Assembly (NCBI RefSeq): GCF_000698145.1
Contig: NZ_BAXB01000009.1
Span: forward strand, 51,808 to 83,807
Origin: Geomicrobium sp. JCM 19039
Lineage (GTDB): Bacteria > Bacillota > Bacilli > Bacillales > Marinococcaceae
Direction: 5' to 3'
DNA length: 32,000 nt
Shown in pieces: positions 9,016 to 16,665 of this stretch. A program made the translations under genes and the position numbers. The notes beneath the pieces are model-generated. The model was given only the letters and a program-made list of their open reading frames with translations, was not told the origin of the DNA and made no database searches. Position 1 is the stretch's first letter. Every line of letters starts with the position of its first letter.

Positions 9016-9930
9016 TTAAAGAATTTTTCTGAACTTAGAGGACGCACCTCGCAGATTATCTGTGGTTTTGTTGATATTTTCAAACTCTGTAATCGCTTGT
9101 GAAATATGTTCTAAAGTTAGATAAAATTGATCTTTAGATAAATTTGTGGAATTTATTACTCTAGAAACTTCTTTTTTATTGGAGTACACAAGCTCTTCTA
9201 CATCTTGAATTGATCTTTTAGAATTATTCGCTAGTGTACGGATTTCATCCGCAATTACTGCAAACCCCTGGCCTTCATTTCCTGCTCTTGCAGCTTCAAT
9301 TGCTGCATTGAGCGCTAGGATGTCGGTCCTTATAGAAATTTCGCTTATCGTATTCACTATTCCCTCAATTTCATTAGAACTTTTCTGCAGGTTGTTGAGT
9401 ATTTCGCTATTCTTGTTCGATTGTTCGATTAACTCGCCAGTCAGTTCTATAATTTCTGAGGCTTTATCATGTCCTCTCTGAGCAATAGATAACACCGTAT
9501 TAGCCTCATTCACAATATTGGTTGTAATATCATTCACTGCATTTTCTCTGTAGGTTATGTCGGTTGCTATCTTTATTATTGATGTAACCACGCCAATCTC
9601 ATCTTTCACAGGTATATACGTTGCCTCTAATATAATTATTTTCCCATCTTTTTTGACACGTTTAATTTTGTCTTGAAATCGTTCTCCAGAACGAAGTCTA
9701 GTCCAAAATTCTTCATAGCTATCACTGAGTGTAAATTCTTTTTGACAAAGCTGCTCATGATGATTGTTTATTAATTCTTCAGGCGTATAACCTATGGTTT
9801 TGGAGAATATTGAATTGATCCAAGTGATCGTTCCTTCAGGTTGAAACTGAATCATAGCTAAAGAATTTTCCATTGCGGTTAACAAGTGTGCTTGTTCATG
9901 ACTTTGCATAGTGGCTAATTTTATTTGCAT
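9016..9930 (-). CDS. Soluble PAS-domain methyl-accepting chemotaxis (signalling-domain) protein
   Basis: 304 aa. The N-terminal PAS domain reads [31 protein letters not shown]...[14 protein letters not shown]. The MCP hairpin core reads [34 protein letters not shown]. No TM or HAMP segment. aagggag SD. Confidence 0.85.
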   Translation of the reverse strand: MQIKLATMQSHEQAHLLTAMENSLAMIQFQPEGTITWINSIFSKTIGYTPEELINNHHEQLCQKEFTLSDSYEEFWTRLRSGERFQDKIKRVKKDGKIIILEATYIPVKDEIGVVTSIIKIATDITYRENAVNDITTNIVNEANTVLSIAQRGHDKASEIIELTGELIEQSNKNSEILNNLQKSSNEIEGIVNTISEISIRTDILALNAAIEAARAGNEGQGFAVIADEIRTLANNSKRSIQDVEELVYSNKKEVSRVINSTNLSKDQFYLTLEHISQAITEFENINKTTDNLRGASSKFRKIL

Positions 9931-10023
9931 TCGTTACTCCCTTTTATAAAATAAATGAACAACAAAAATCTTACGGTAATAAATACCCATTCGGAGAAGT
10001 TTGCAAACAAATTATTCGTAAAT

Positions 10024-10049
10024 AAAAAACACGCCCTCGACAGGACGTG
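10024..10049 (-). terminator. Minus-strand terminator-like hairpin
   Basis: cacgtcc/ggacgtg-type stem with one mismatch. The plus-strand A6 gives a U-tract on the minus strand. Confidence 0.45.
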
Positions 10050-10118
10050 CCAAAAAAAGGAATTGGAGTGGACGTTACTAGGTTGGTCTATGCTTGTCCT
10101 TTATTCAGTAATGAACGA

Positions 10119-10144
10119 CAAAAACACGAGCAAATTCCCGTGTT
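10119..10144 (-). terminator. Minus-strand terminator-like hairpin
   Basis: aacacg / cgtgtt, followed on the minus strand by ttttt. Confidence 0.45.
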
Positions 10145-10203
10145 AAGTCGCCTCATATCGCAATGATATTAACGGCAATGATTGATCACTTCAAAAAATA
10201 GCC

Positions 10204-10263
10204 CTAACGCCAGTACGTGAACGAAATCAACTGATTACACTCCATACACTCATTTTTAATCAT
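10204..10263 (-). CDS. 19-aa CxxC mini-ORF (possible truncated zinc-ribbon or CXXC-20-CXXC-like gene)
   Basis: GAAGGAG, 5 nt spacer, ATG, then MIKNECMECNQLISFTYWR*. A shifted continuation reads GLFFEVINHC. Two terminator hairpins lie downstream. Confidence 0.25.
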   Translation of the reverse strand: MIKNECMECNQLISFTYWR

Positions 10264-10604
10264 CCAAACTCCTTCAAGTGCTACTTATTGATTTCAGATT
10301 TGGTTTTTTTGTGATTAAGGTTGTGCTCGAGACACCCTACACGATGCTGCGGGAATATCATCGGCAGTAAATACTAGCACATATTTGTACGAGGTGTTAG
10401 TTTGTTATCTCCTAAGGTGCACCCTCTTAATAATAAGAATGTGCGTTCTCATTACGTGCAATTGAGTACTTTTATACAAATTGAGCAACTCTAGTTCAAC
10501 TATGTCTTCTATTCAGTACTTTTGATTGGAACGAAAGGCGGTGACGCCTGCGGAAGAAGGACCGAAACTATGCCTGGCAAGTCATAAGACCGAAGAGCCT
10601 AGGC

Positions 10605-10790
10605 GGTTCATCGGTGGCAAATGTTTCGCCACTGATGTCGCCCTTGTGCTCCGGAGTATAAAGAAAACACGGTGGACATCTTTTGGCCACCGATGTTGCC
10701 CTTATAGGCTGGACTACAAGCATCCGCCTGTAGTGGGAAGCAACAACCAATAGCGCAAATTAGAAAACTAAGGTTCATCCTATATAATCC
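10605..10790 (-). repeat. Partial copy, on the minus strand, of the repeat element seen at 22332-23620 (terminus + header + 2 hairpin modules)
   Basis: The reverse complement of 10718-10790 aligns with 22332-22408: GAT(C)TATATAGGrTGAwC ... ATTTGCG ... CTACAGGCG. Modules at 10659-10717 and 10605-10658 match the 58-nt unit. Confidence 0.8.
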
Positions 10791-10983
10791 ATAAATCAGT
10801 AAGAAATTCAACAGAATTTTGTTTGTTCAATTTATATGCACTTTTTCTATACGATGTAAAAAGAGGAACATTTCAGTTTGCCCAGTACCTTACAACATCG
10901 TAAGCTGACGTAAGATCAATCAATTCAGCACAGTTCATCTAGGATGTAAAATGTGTGATAAAGGTATAGGTTAAGGAGGCAGT

Positions 10984-11325
10984 ATGATGAGAAAAGCAGT
11001 GATTGGCATTAGTGTAGCAGTGATTCTAGGAATTGCTGCATTTATTGGGATGTATTACTCGTTGAGTGATATGACTAGAGCGAACATCAATCCGTTTATT
11101 CAAGAAGAATATTGGTATGTTCAAGTTGATGAAGATGGCATAGTTGCTGAAGATGAGCAAGGAACTGTCTATTATGAGCTACCTGCAATGAATGAAAATG
11201 GAGACGAAAAGGATATTGAGTTTACAGCACTCAGCGAATTAAGAGAAGGTGCGTTTATTCAATTAACGATGAAAGAAGGCTTTGTGATGACGTATGAAGA
11301 GGTAGGGGAAGAGGACGTTCCTTAA
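10984..11325 (+). CDS. YxeA-family (DUF1093) small exported protein
   Basis: N-terminal TM anchor, then NPF..EEYWYVQV...YYELPAMNENGDEKDIEF...L..GAFIQL, the pattern typical of YxeA. GGAGG SD; the second ATG at 10987 has better spacing. Confidence 0.65.
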   Translation: MMRKAVIGISVAVILGIAAFIGMYYSLSDMTRANINPFIQEEYWYVQVDEDGIVAEDEQGTVYYELPAMNENGDEKDIEFTALSELREGAFIQLTMKEGFVMTYEEVGEEDVP

Positions 11326-11401
11326 GCGAGTAGTTAAACGTGAAGTATGGATGTATTGCACCATAAAGGTTCTCTCAAACATGTTTTAGGGGAGGATCTT
11401 G

Positions 11402-11875
11402 ATGAGTGAGATTTTAAAAGGCAAAGGGACGAATGGCCAACTAGAGTTGCACGAACATAAATTGGTCATTAAGCGAAAAGGACTAACGAATAAGATGTTA
11501 CATGGGCTCAAAGGGGATAAAGAAATATCCATTAGAGAGATTACCTGGATTCAATATAAAAAGCCAGGACTCGTTGCCGGCTATATTCAGTTCTCGTTTA
11601 GAGGGGGAACTGAGGCACAAGGGGGTGTGTGGCAAGCGGTGAGTGATGAGAAACCGATTACGTTTAACCCCGGTCAAAACAAGAATTTCCTAAAAATAAA
11701 AGAAGAGATTGAAAAGAGGATCAATGATCTTTATGCCACCCCAACCGTCACTCAGCCTACGAACCAGAACTTGAATGATTATGATGAGATTGAAAGGCTC
11801 GCCTCATTGATGGAAAAAGGCTACATTACAGATGAAGAGTTTCAGGTAAAAAAGAAACAAATCTTAGGCCTTTAA
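11402..11875 (+). CDS. DUF4429 (PH-like) / SHOCT-domain protein
   Basis: The C-terminal DEIERLASLMEKGYITDEEFQVKKKQILGL is a clear SHOCT motif. The N-terminal L.LHEHKLVIKRKG......I.IREITWIQYKKPGLVAGYIQF resembles DUF4429. GGGGAGG SD. Confidence 0.65.
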   Translation: MSEILKGKGTNGQLELHEHKLVIKRKGLTNKMLHGLKGDKEISIREITWIQYKKPGLVAGYIQFSFRGGTEAQGGVWQAVSDEKPITFNPGQNKNFLKIKEEIEKRINDLYATPTVTQPTNQNLNDYDEIERLASLMEKGYITDEEFQVKKKQILGL

Positions 11876-11882
11876 CAATACG

Positions 11883-11920
11883 AATGAAATGAATCCACCA
11901 TATGGTGGATTCATTTCATT
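11883..11920. terminator. Perfect 38-nt palindrome between convergent genes (bidirectional terminator candidate)
   Basis: aatgaaatgaatccaccata | tatggtggattcatttcatt. The 3' arm overlaps the stop codon of the minus-strand lipoprotein gene. Confidence 0.6.
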
Positions 11921-12653
11921 AAAGGCTTTGTGTGTCTTCAATAAAGTCTTCAAGGTCACGAAGCTCTCTGAGGTCCACAAGATCGTATTCTTCTGCAATC
12001 AAGATGAGTTGTTCGTAAGCGTTAGCAAGATGCTCGTTACCGGCTACAACTTGATCTACGAATGCTTCCTCTACCTCTTGAGCATTGTCGTTGTGGATCT
12101 CATCGAAATTGCCGTCTAATGACTCGACTGCTTCGGTATGAAGCTCCATTGCGAGTAAAAATTCATCAGCATAATACGTCATTTCTGGTGTGCTAAATTC
12201 AGCTCGTTCCAGGTTGCGAATTTGGTATGGCACATTTTCCATGTAGCGGTTGTAGTGAACGTCGACTGTTGTTCTTGCCTCCATGGCAGTGAAAACGGCG
12301 CTTAAGTAGTACGGGTGTTCACGCATGTTTTGCGGATTGTCGGGATCGACAATTTGGGACTCAAGTAATGTAATCATATCTTCCTCTAAGTCATCTTCTG
12401 ATGAGGTGACTTCTATTGCTTCAGGCGAGTCCGTTTGCTCTTCTTCTTCGGGTTCTACATCCTCTTCTTCCGTTGCGGGTTCTACCGCGACGGGTTCATC
12501 TTCAGTCGTTTCTTGGTTCTCTTGTTCGTCTACCCCTGTATTTTCACTTTCTTCTTCCTCAATCGTGCTAGATAGGATTCCGCACGCAGAACTAAGCATG
12601 AGAATGGAGAATAATCCAACAAATTTCAACGTATGATGCATCTTTATTTTCAT
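11919..12653 (-). CDS. Acidic lipoprotein of unknown function
   Basis: MKIKMHHTLKFVGLFSILMLSSAC (lipobox LSSAC), then an ~80-aa D/E-rich linker and a ~150-aa globular C-terminus. The ATG at 12653 lies 7 nt after GGAGGG; the longer track ORF start has no SD. Confidence 0.7.
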   Translation of the reverse strand: MKIKMHHTLKFVGLFSILMLSSACGILSSTIEEEESENTGVDEQENQETTEDEPVAVEPATEEEDVEPEEEEQTDSPEAIEVTSSEDDLEEDMITLLESQIVDPDNPQNMREHPYYLSAVFTAMEARTTVDVHYNRYMENVPYQIRNLERAEFSTPEMTYYADEFLLAMELHTEAVESLDGNFDEIHNDNAQEVEEAFVDQVVAGNEHLANAYEQLILIAEEYDLVDLRELRDLEDFIEDTQSL

Positions 12654-12950
12654 CCAGTCACCCTCCTTTTTTCTTAACGATACGCAAAAGAAAAACACCG
12701 TCAAATCGAGAAAGAGGGGGAAGGCCATGCATAATATAGTTATAAAGCATTAGCAAATAAATGGAAAAAGGATAAGTACTCTGTTTGGCAATCGTTGTTT
12801 CACTCCATAGCACTGGGTCGTAGGACATGAAACATTCACTAATAAATATATTTAGGTATCACGGCTTAATTTTTCGTATGTGTGCCTCACTTCATTGATA
12901 GCGGATATGGTACAATGCCAACTAGATCTGGAATAAATGAGGTGCGAGAC

Positions 12951-13121
12951 ATGAAATGGTTGGACGTATTGTTTCCGCTAGCCGCTGTGTTCTATTTGAT
13001 TGCGTTTGACTGGCAAGAAACAACGCTTGGCATATTAGCAGCGATCGCCATCCTCCTTGTGGCGTCGCTAGCTGTTACAAATATGATTCTACGAATCACA
13101 CAGAAAAGGAAAAAAACGTAA
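12951..13121 (+). CDS. 56-aa two-TM membrane peptide
   Basis: MKWLDVLFPLAAVFYLIAF...ILLVASLAVTNMILRITQKRKKT. gaggtg SD, and an extended -10 TGgTACAAT at 12908-12916. Confidence 0.45.
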   Translation: MKWLDVLFPLAAVFYLIAFDWQETTLGILAAIAILLVASLAVTNMILRITQKRKKT

Positions 13122-13149
13122 AAAAAGCAGACCACACCCTGCTTTTTTT
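13121..13149. terminator. Bidirectional A/T-flanked hairpin shared by convergent genes
   Basis: aaaaaagcag ... ctgctttttt. Confidence 0.55.
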
Positions 13150-13930
13150 AGTGTCCCGTAAATGTCGGGGTTCGTTTTTCCTTAAAAGCGTTCAGCCCTT
13201 CAACGTGATCGGCGGATTGCCCGGCAATCGTTTGTGCAGCCGCTTCTTTTTCTAGCAACACGTCGTAAGGTTGATCCATACCATCGTACATATACCGTTT
13301 GATGAGTCCCATTGCTCGTGCTGGTGAATCGGCCAGTCGGCGGGTGAACTGCTCGATCTGTTCCTCCCATTCCGCTTCATCAATACACAATGATGCCAGG
13401 TGCAGTCCAACGGCTTCAGTGCCTGCAATGGGGTCGCCAAGAACGGAAATCTCCATCGCTTTTGCATAACCAACGATTCGTGGCAAGACGGAAAGAAAGC
13501 CTGCATCTGGAATGAGGCCGATGTTGACAAATGCACTAACGAACTTCGTGCGTGGCTGTACGAGTCGGAAATCAGCGGCTAAAGCTATACTCATTCCAGC
13601 ACCAGCAGCGGTTCCATTGACAGCTGCAACAATCGGCTTTTCGACGGAGCGCATCATTTTCAGCAATGGGTGATAGCTAGACTTGAGAAAATCACCGTAC
13701 CGTGTCACCTCCCCAACGCTGTGAAGGTCTTGACCGGCAGAAAATGCTCGACCACTGCCGGTCATCATGATCGCCCGGATTTCGGGATCTTTGTTTGCGT
13801 GTTTCAAGGACTTTGTGATTTCTTTTAGCATGATCGGTGTTAATGCATTATAGGCATCCGGTCGGTTTAGACGAATGGTCGCAATGTTCTTCTGTTTCGT
13901 ATAAATAATTTCTTGATAAGCATCGGTCAC
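13148..13930 (-). CDS. paaG: Enoyl-CoA hydratase/isomerase, PaaG-like (ring 1,2-epoxyphenylacetyl-CoA isomerase type)
   Basis: Crotonase fold with GSGRAFSAGQDL, VNGTAAGAGMSIALAADFR, NIGLIPDAG and the C-terminal SADHVEGLNAFKEKRTPTFTG, which parallels E. coli PaaG. Located in the paa cluster. Confidence 0.7.
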   Translation of the reverse strand: MTDAYQEIIYTKQKNIATIRLNRPDAYNALTPIMLKEITKSLKHANKDPEIRAIMMTGSGRAFSAGQDLHSVGEVTRYGDFLKSSYHPLLKMMRSVEKPIVAAVNGTAAGAGMSIALAADFRLVQPRTKFVSAFVNIGLIPDAGFLSVLPRIVGYAKAMEISVLGDPIAGTEAVGLHLASLCIDEAEWEEQIEQFTRRLADSPARAMGLIKRYMYDGMDQPYDVLLEKEAAAQTIAGQSADHVEGLNAFKEKRTPTFTGH

Positions 13931-13934
13931 GTCA

Positions 13935-14711
13935 CTACACTCCTTTAAACCGTGGCTGGCGTTTTTCTTTGAAGGCGTTCATGCCTTCTTTTTGGTCATC
14001 TGTAGCGAACGTGAGGTAAAAGTTCTTTCTTTCAAAAAGCATTCCATCATGAATGGATTGGTGCTCCGCAGCGAGAACCGACTCCTTTATCGCACGAAGC
14101 GCAACAGCAGGCCGTTTTGCAAATGTACGTGCGAATTGAAGCGTTTCTTCATGTAGAATTTCTGAGGCACATACCACATTTACAACACCGTTCTCATACA
14201 AGTATCGGGCAGAAATTGGTATCCCTACACCGATGATCTCCAACGCTTTTCTTCTACCTAGCGCATGGGTGAGGAGCTGTGTGCCACCAGCACCAGGGAG
14301 AACGCCGAGGGTGACTTCAGGAAAACCGAACTGGCTGTTCTCCGCAGCAATAATACAGTCACAATGAAGTGCTAATTCAAAGCCTCCACCAAGAGCTGAA
14401 CCGTGGACGGACGCAATCATTGGTTTCTTGATTCGCATGATCCGTTCCCAATCCCGAAATGGATCCGCATATTCCAATGATACCGGTGATTCGTCTTTCA
14501 TCTCACTAATATCAGCACCTGCGGCAAACATCCGCCCACTTCCATTTACAATGATGACCGATATTTGTCGGTCCTGATCAAACGCTTCCAGTTGATTGGC
14601 GATTTCTTTGACCATTTGCCAGTTGAGGGCATTAAAGACCTCTGGTCGGTCGAGCGTAACGATCCCGAACGACTCCGTTTTTGAAACACGAATATATTCG
14701 TTATTGCTCAT
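13935..14711 (-). CDS. Enoyl-CoA hydratase, PaaF-like
   Basis: Contains GSGRMFAAGADI, GSALGGGFELALHCD, FGFPEVTLGVLPGAGGTQ and EGMNAFKEKRQPRFKG. The ATG at 14711 overlaps the ethD stop (ATGAGCAATAA) and follows ggtgagga. Confidence 0.8.
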   Translation of the reverse strand: MSNNEYIRVSKTESFGIVTLDRPEVFNALNWQMVKEIANQLEAFDQDRQISVIIVNGSGRMFAAGADISEMKDESPVSLEYADPFRDWERIMRIKKPMIASVHGSALGGGFELALHCDCIIAAENSQFGFPEVTLGVLPGAGGTQLLTHALGRRKALEIIGVGIPISARYLYENGVVNVVCASEILHEETLQFARTFAKRPAVALRAIKESVLAAEHQSIHDGMLFERKNFYLTFATDDQKEGMNAFKEKRQPRFKGV

Positions 14712-15012
14712 CGACGTCCTCACCGATCATTAGCGTCACGAGTTTACCGGCGAACCCCATTAAATCTTTGCCTGAAGCTTTGCCTTCGTCACTTTTTAAG
14801 CCAGCTTTTAATGAGTCGTGAGAATCATAATACATCTCACAAAGCAAATAAAAATCACTTTCTCCTCCCATCGGGGAGCCGACAATTTTCGTCACTTTCA
14901 TGTCGAGAAGTCCAGGTATTTCCTTTGTGATCGGTGCATGAGTATTGAAATAATAATCATCAAAGGCTGCTCGGTCTTCGGGCTGTTTATAAAGAGCGAT
15001 AAGTTTTACCAA
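14701..15012 (-). CDS. EthD-family protein
   Basis: 103 aa: VKLIALYKQPEDRAAFDDYYFNTHAPI...CEMYYDSHDSLKAGL, which resembles the EthD-domain family as I recall it. TTG start 8 nt after AAGGAG. Confidence 0.7.
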   Translation of the reverse strand: MVKLIALYKQPEDRAAFDDYYFNTHAPITKEIPGLLDMKVTKIVGSPMGGESDFYLLCEMYYDSHDSLKAGLKSDEGKASGKDLMGFAGKLVTLMIGEDVDEQ

Positions 15013-15024
15013 GTGATCATCTCC

Positions 15025-15513
15025 TTAAGAATGGATAGGTTTCATAGCTTCAAACGGATTTTTACAGTGATGGCAATAGAGGATACTACGACAGGCGGTT
15101 GGACCGAACAAATTATCTACGGACGTAAATAAAGACTCGCAATACGGACAATTCACCTCCCAATTAAAGTCTTCATCAGGAGTGGTGGGTACAGCAATTC
15201 CGTTTTGTCTCAACGATGCGATCCCTTTTTTCGTAATACGTGTTGTTGACCACGGAATATCGAATGAAAAAGCAACATCAATGCGAGTGAACCCTTGTTG
15301 CTTTAGAACTTGAACCACTTGACGTTCAATGAAATCAAGTGCTGGGCAACCGGTAAAAGTAGGAATCAAACGAACAAAGATTTCACCTGATGATGTAACG
15401 TCTACTTGGTCAATCATCCCTAAATCAACAATGCTGACACCAGCGAGTTCTGGGTCATCAACGGCCATTAAGATCTGGTGGGCAGTTTCCTTATTCAAAC
15501 GATTACCTACCAT
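15025..15513 (-). CDS. paaD: 1,2-phenylacetyl-CoA epoxidase subunit PaaD (PaaJ)
   Basis: Contains DPELAGVSIVDLGMI, TFTGCPAL and the C-terminal CPYC...CHHC zinc cluster. The start overlaps the paaC stop (ATGGTAG). Confidence 0.85.
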   Translation of the reverse strand: MVGNRLNKETAHQILMAVDDPELAGVSIVDLGMIDQVDVTSSGEIFVRLIPTFTGCPALDFIERQVVQVLKQQGFTRIDVAFSFDIPWSTTRITKKGIASLRQNGIAVPTTPDEDFNWEVNCPYCESLFTSVDNLFGPTACRSILYCHHCKNPFEAMKPIHS

Positions 15514-16319
15514 ACCGCATGCTCTTCCAATCGATACACTTCTGAAAGCGTATCGATTGCTTGTTCAAGGTCTTTTGTATGCTCGCCTTTTCTGCCGCTG
15601 AACACTTTCTGCAGCGGTCTGTCGGGCACTTGAACGAGTGTTTTACTTAATTCGTGAATCCATTGCTTTTCAATGAGACTTTCTTCGGGCATTAATTGAT
15701 AGACGATCATCTTCTCTTGTTGGTCACCGAGTTGCAATAGATCGAGGCATTCGTTCCACGCTTCTTGAATGCGAGTATCGAGCTTTTGTTTTGCTGTAGC
15801 GCTTGATGATTGCAGTTGATTGACCCACATCTTCCAATAGGCAAGATGATACGTTTGCTCGGCTAACATGCGATTTGCCGCATGGGTGAGTGGTACGTAT
15901 GAGCAATTTTTGAGCATCTGCAAACGCACTCGTTTAAATGTTTCATAGAAAAATCCGCGAATGACAGCAAGCGCCCAATCATAATAAGGATCTTGATCGT
16001 ATTCCCCGTCACCGTTTTTTATCTCCAAATAAGTAGCATTTCGCCGCTCATTTGCCGATCTTTCATGGGCAAGTTTGTTCTTCGGCCCTTGGCCGAGTTC
16101 TTCTAATAATTGATAGAAATAAGCGGCATGGCCCATCGTGTTTTGGGTGATCGAAGAATACGCAACGTCAGCTTCAATATGCGGCGCAAGCCCAAGCCAT
16201 TCAGATCCACGAAAAGCAACAATGAAATCATCATCGGCAAGTTGATACAACAATTGAGTAACAACGTTCTTATACTCCGCGTTTTTAGCGGCTTCTTCAG
16301 CGGTGTGAATGATCGTCAT
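15507..16319 (-). CDS. paaC: 1,2-phenylacetyl-CoA epoxidase subunit PaaC (PaaI in older nomenclature)
   Basis: 270-aa ferritin-like protein (LLYQLADDDFIVAFRGSEWLGLAPHIE...) lying between paaB and paaD. Confidence 0.85.
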   Translation of the reverse strand: MTIIHTAEEAAKNAEYKNVVTQLLYQLADDDFIVAFRGSEWLGLAPHIEADVAYSSITQNTMGHAAYFYQLLEELGQGPKNKLAHERSANERRNATYLEIKNGDGEYDQDPYYDWALAVIRGFFYETFKRVRLQMLKNCSYVPLTHAANRMLAEQTYHLAYWKMWVNQLQSSSATAKQKLDTRIQEAWNECLDLLQLGDQQEKMIVYQLMPEESLIEKQWIHELSKTLVQVPDRPLQKVFSGRKGEHTKDLEQAIDTLSEVYRLEEHAVW

Positions 16320-16665
16320 GTGAATTCACCTCTTTCCATGACATAATTTCTTTTTCATCAAGCATTCCTTGTTCTTTCGCTTGCCATTTCTTACGTAAAT
16401 AACCGTATGCTTTTGTTGTTCGATAATCTTTATTATCGATGCGGGCAGTCAACTGCTCACGTTCTTCACTTTCTAAACCGTAGATATGTTGTTTTGGTAT
16501 GACCCAAATGTCAATTACATCTTCGCGTCGCATAAAGTTCTCTTGAGCAAGCAATAGTGCCATTTCAGCATTTGGTGCGACGAGACTAAACTGATGTTGA
16601 AAAGACTGTTTGTTGTTCTTTTTGCTGAATACTTCGAATTCTTGGTAGAAAGAAGATTCATCCAT
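16297..16665 (-). CDS. paaB: 1,2-phenylacetyl-CoA epoxidase subunit PaaB
   Basis: FEVFSKKNNKQSFQHQFSLVAPNAEMALLLAQENFMRREDVIDIWVIP. The ATG overlaps the paaA TAA by 1 nt. Confidence 0.85.
   Translation of the reverse strand: MDESSFYQEFEVFSKKNNKQSFQHQFSLVAPNAEMALLLAQENFMRREDVIDIWVIPKQHIYGLESEEREQLTARIDNKDYRTTKAYGYLRKKWQAKEQGMLDEKEIMSWKEVNSHDDHSHR

Noticed and set aside
9955-10146. 63-aa plus-strand ORF
   Set aside because: It runs through two hairpins that look like minus-strand terminators. It has no SD and is Lys/Asn-rich translation of A+T-rich DNA.
10526-10811. Track ORFs 10526-10753 (+), 10568-10750 (-) and 10608-10811 (-)
   Set aside because: The reason is the same: they are translations of the repeat modules and header on both strands.
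11889-12119. 76-aa plus-strand ORF starting inside the 38-nt palindrome
   Set aside because: It is antisense to the lipoprotein gene and has no SD.
4862-13150. Distal attR, i.e. a direct repeat of the tRNA-Arg 3' end marking the island boundary
   Set aside because: Scanning by eye found only trivial 6-7-nt matches (e.g. tgggac at ~12355 and tgggtcg at ~12814). Nothing is long enough to call.
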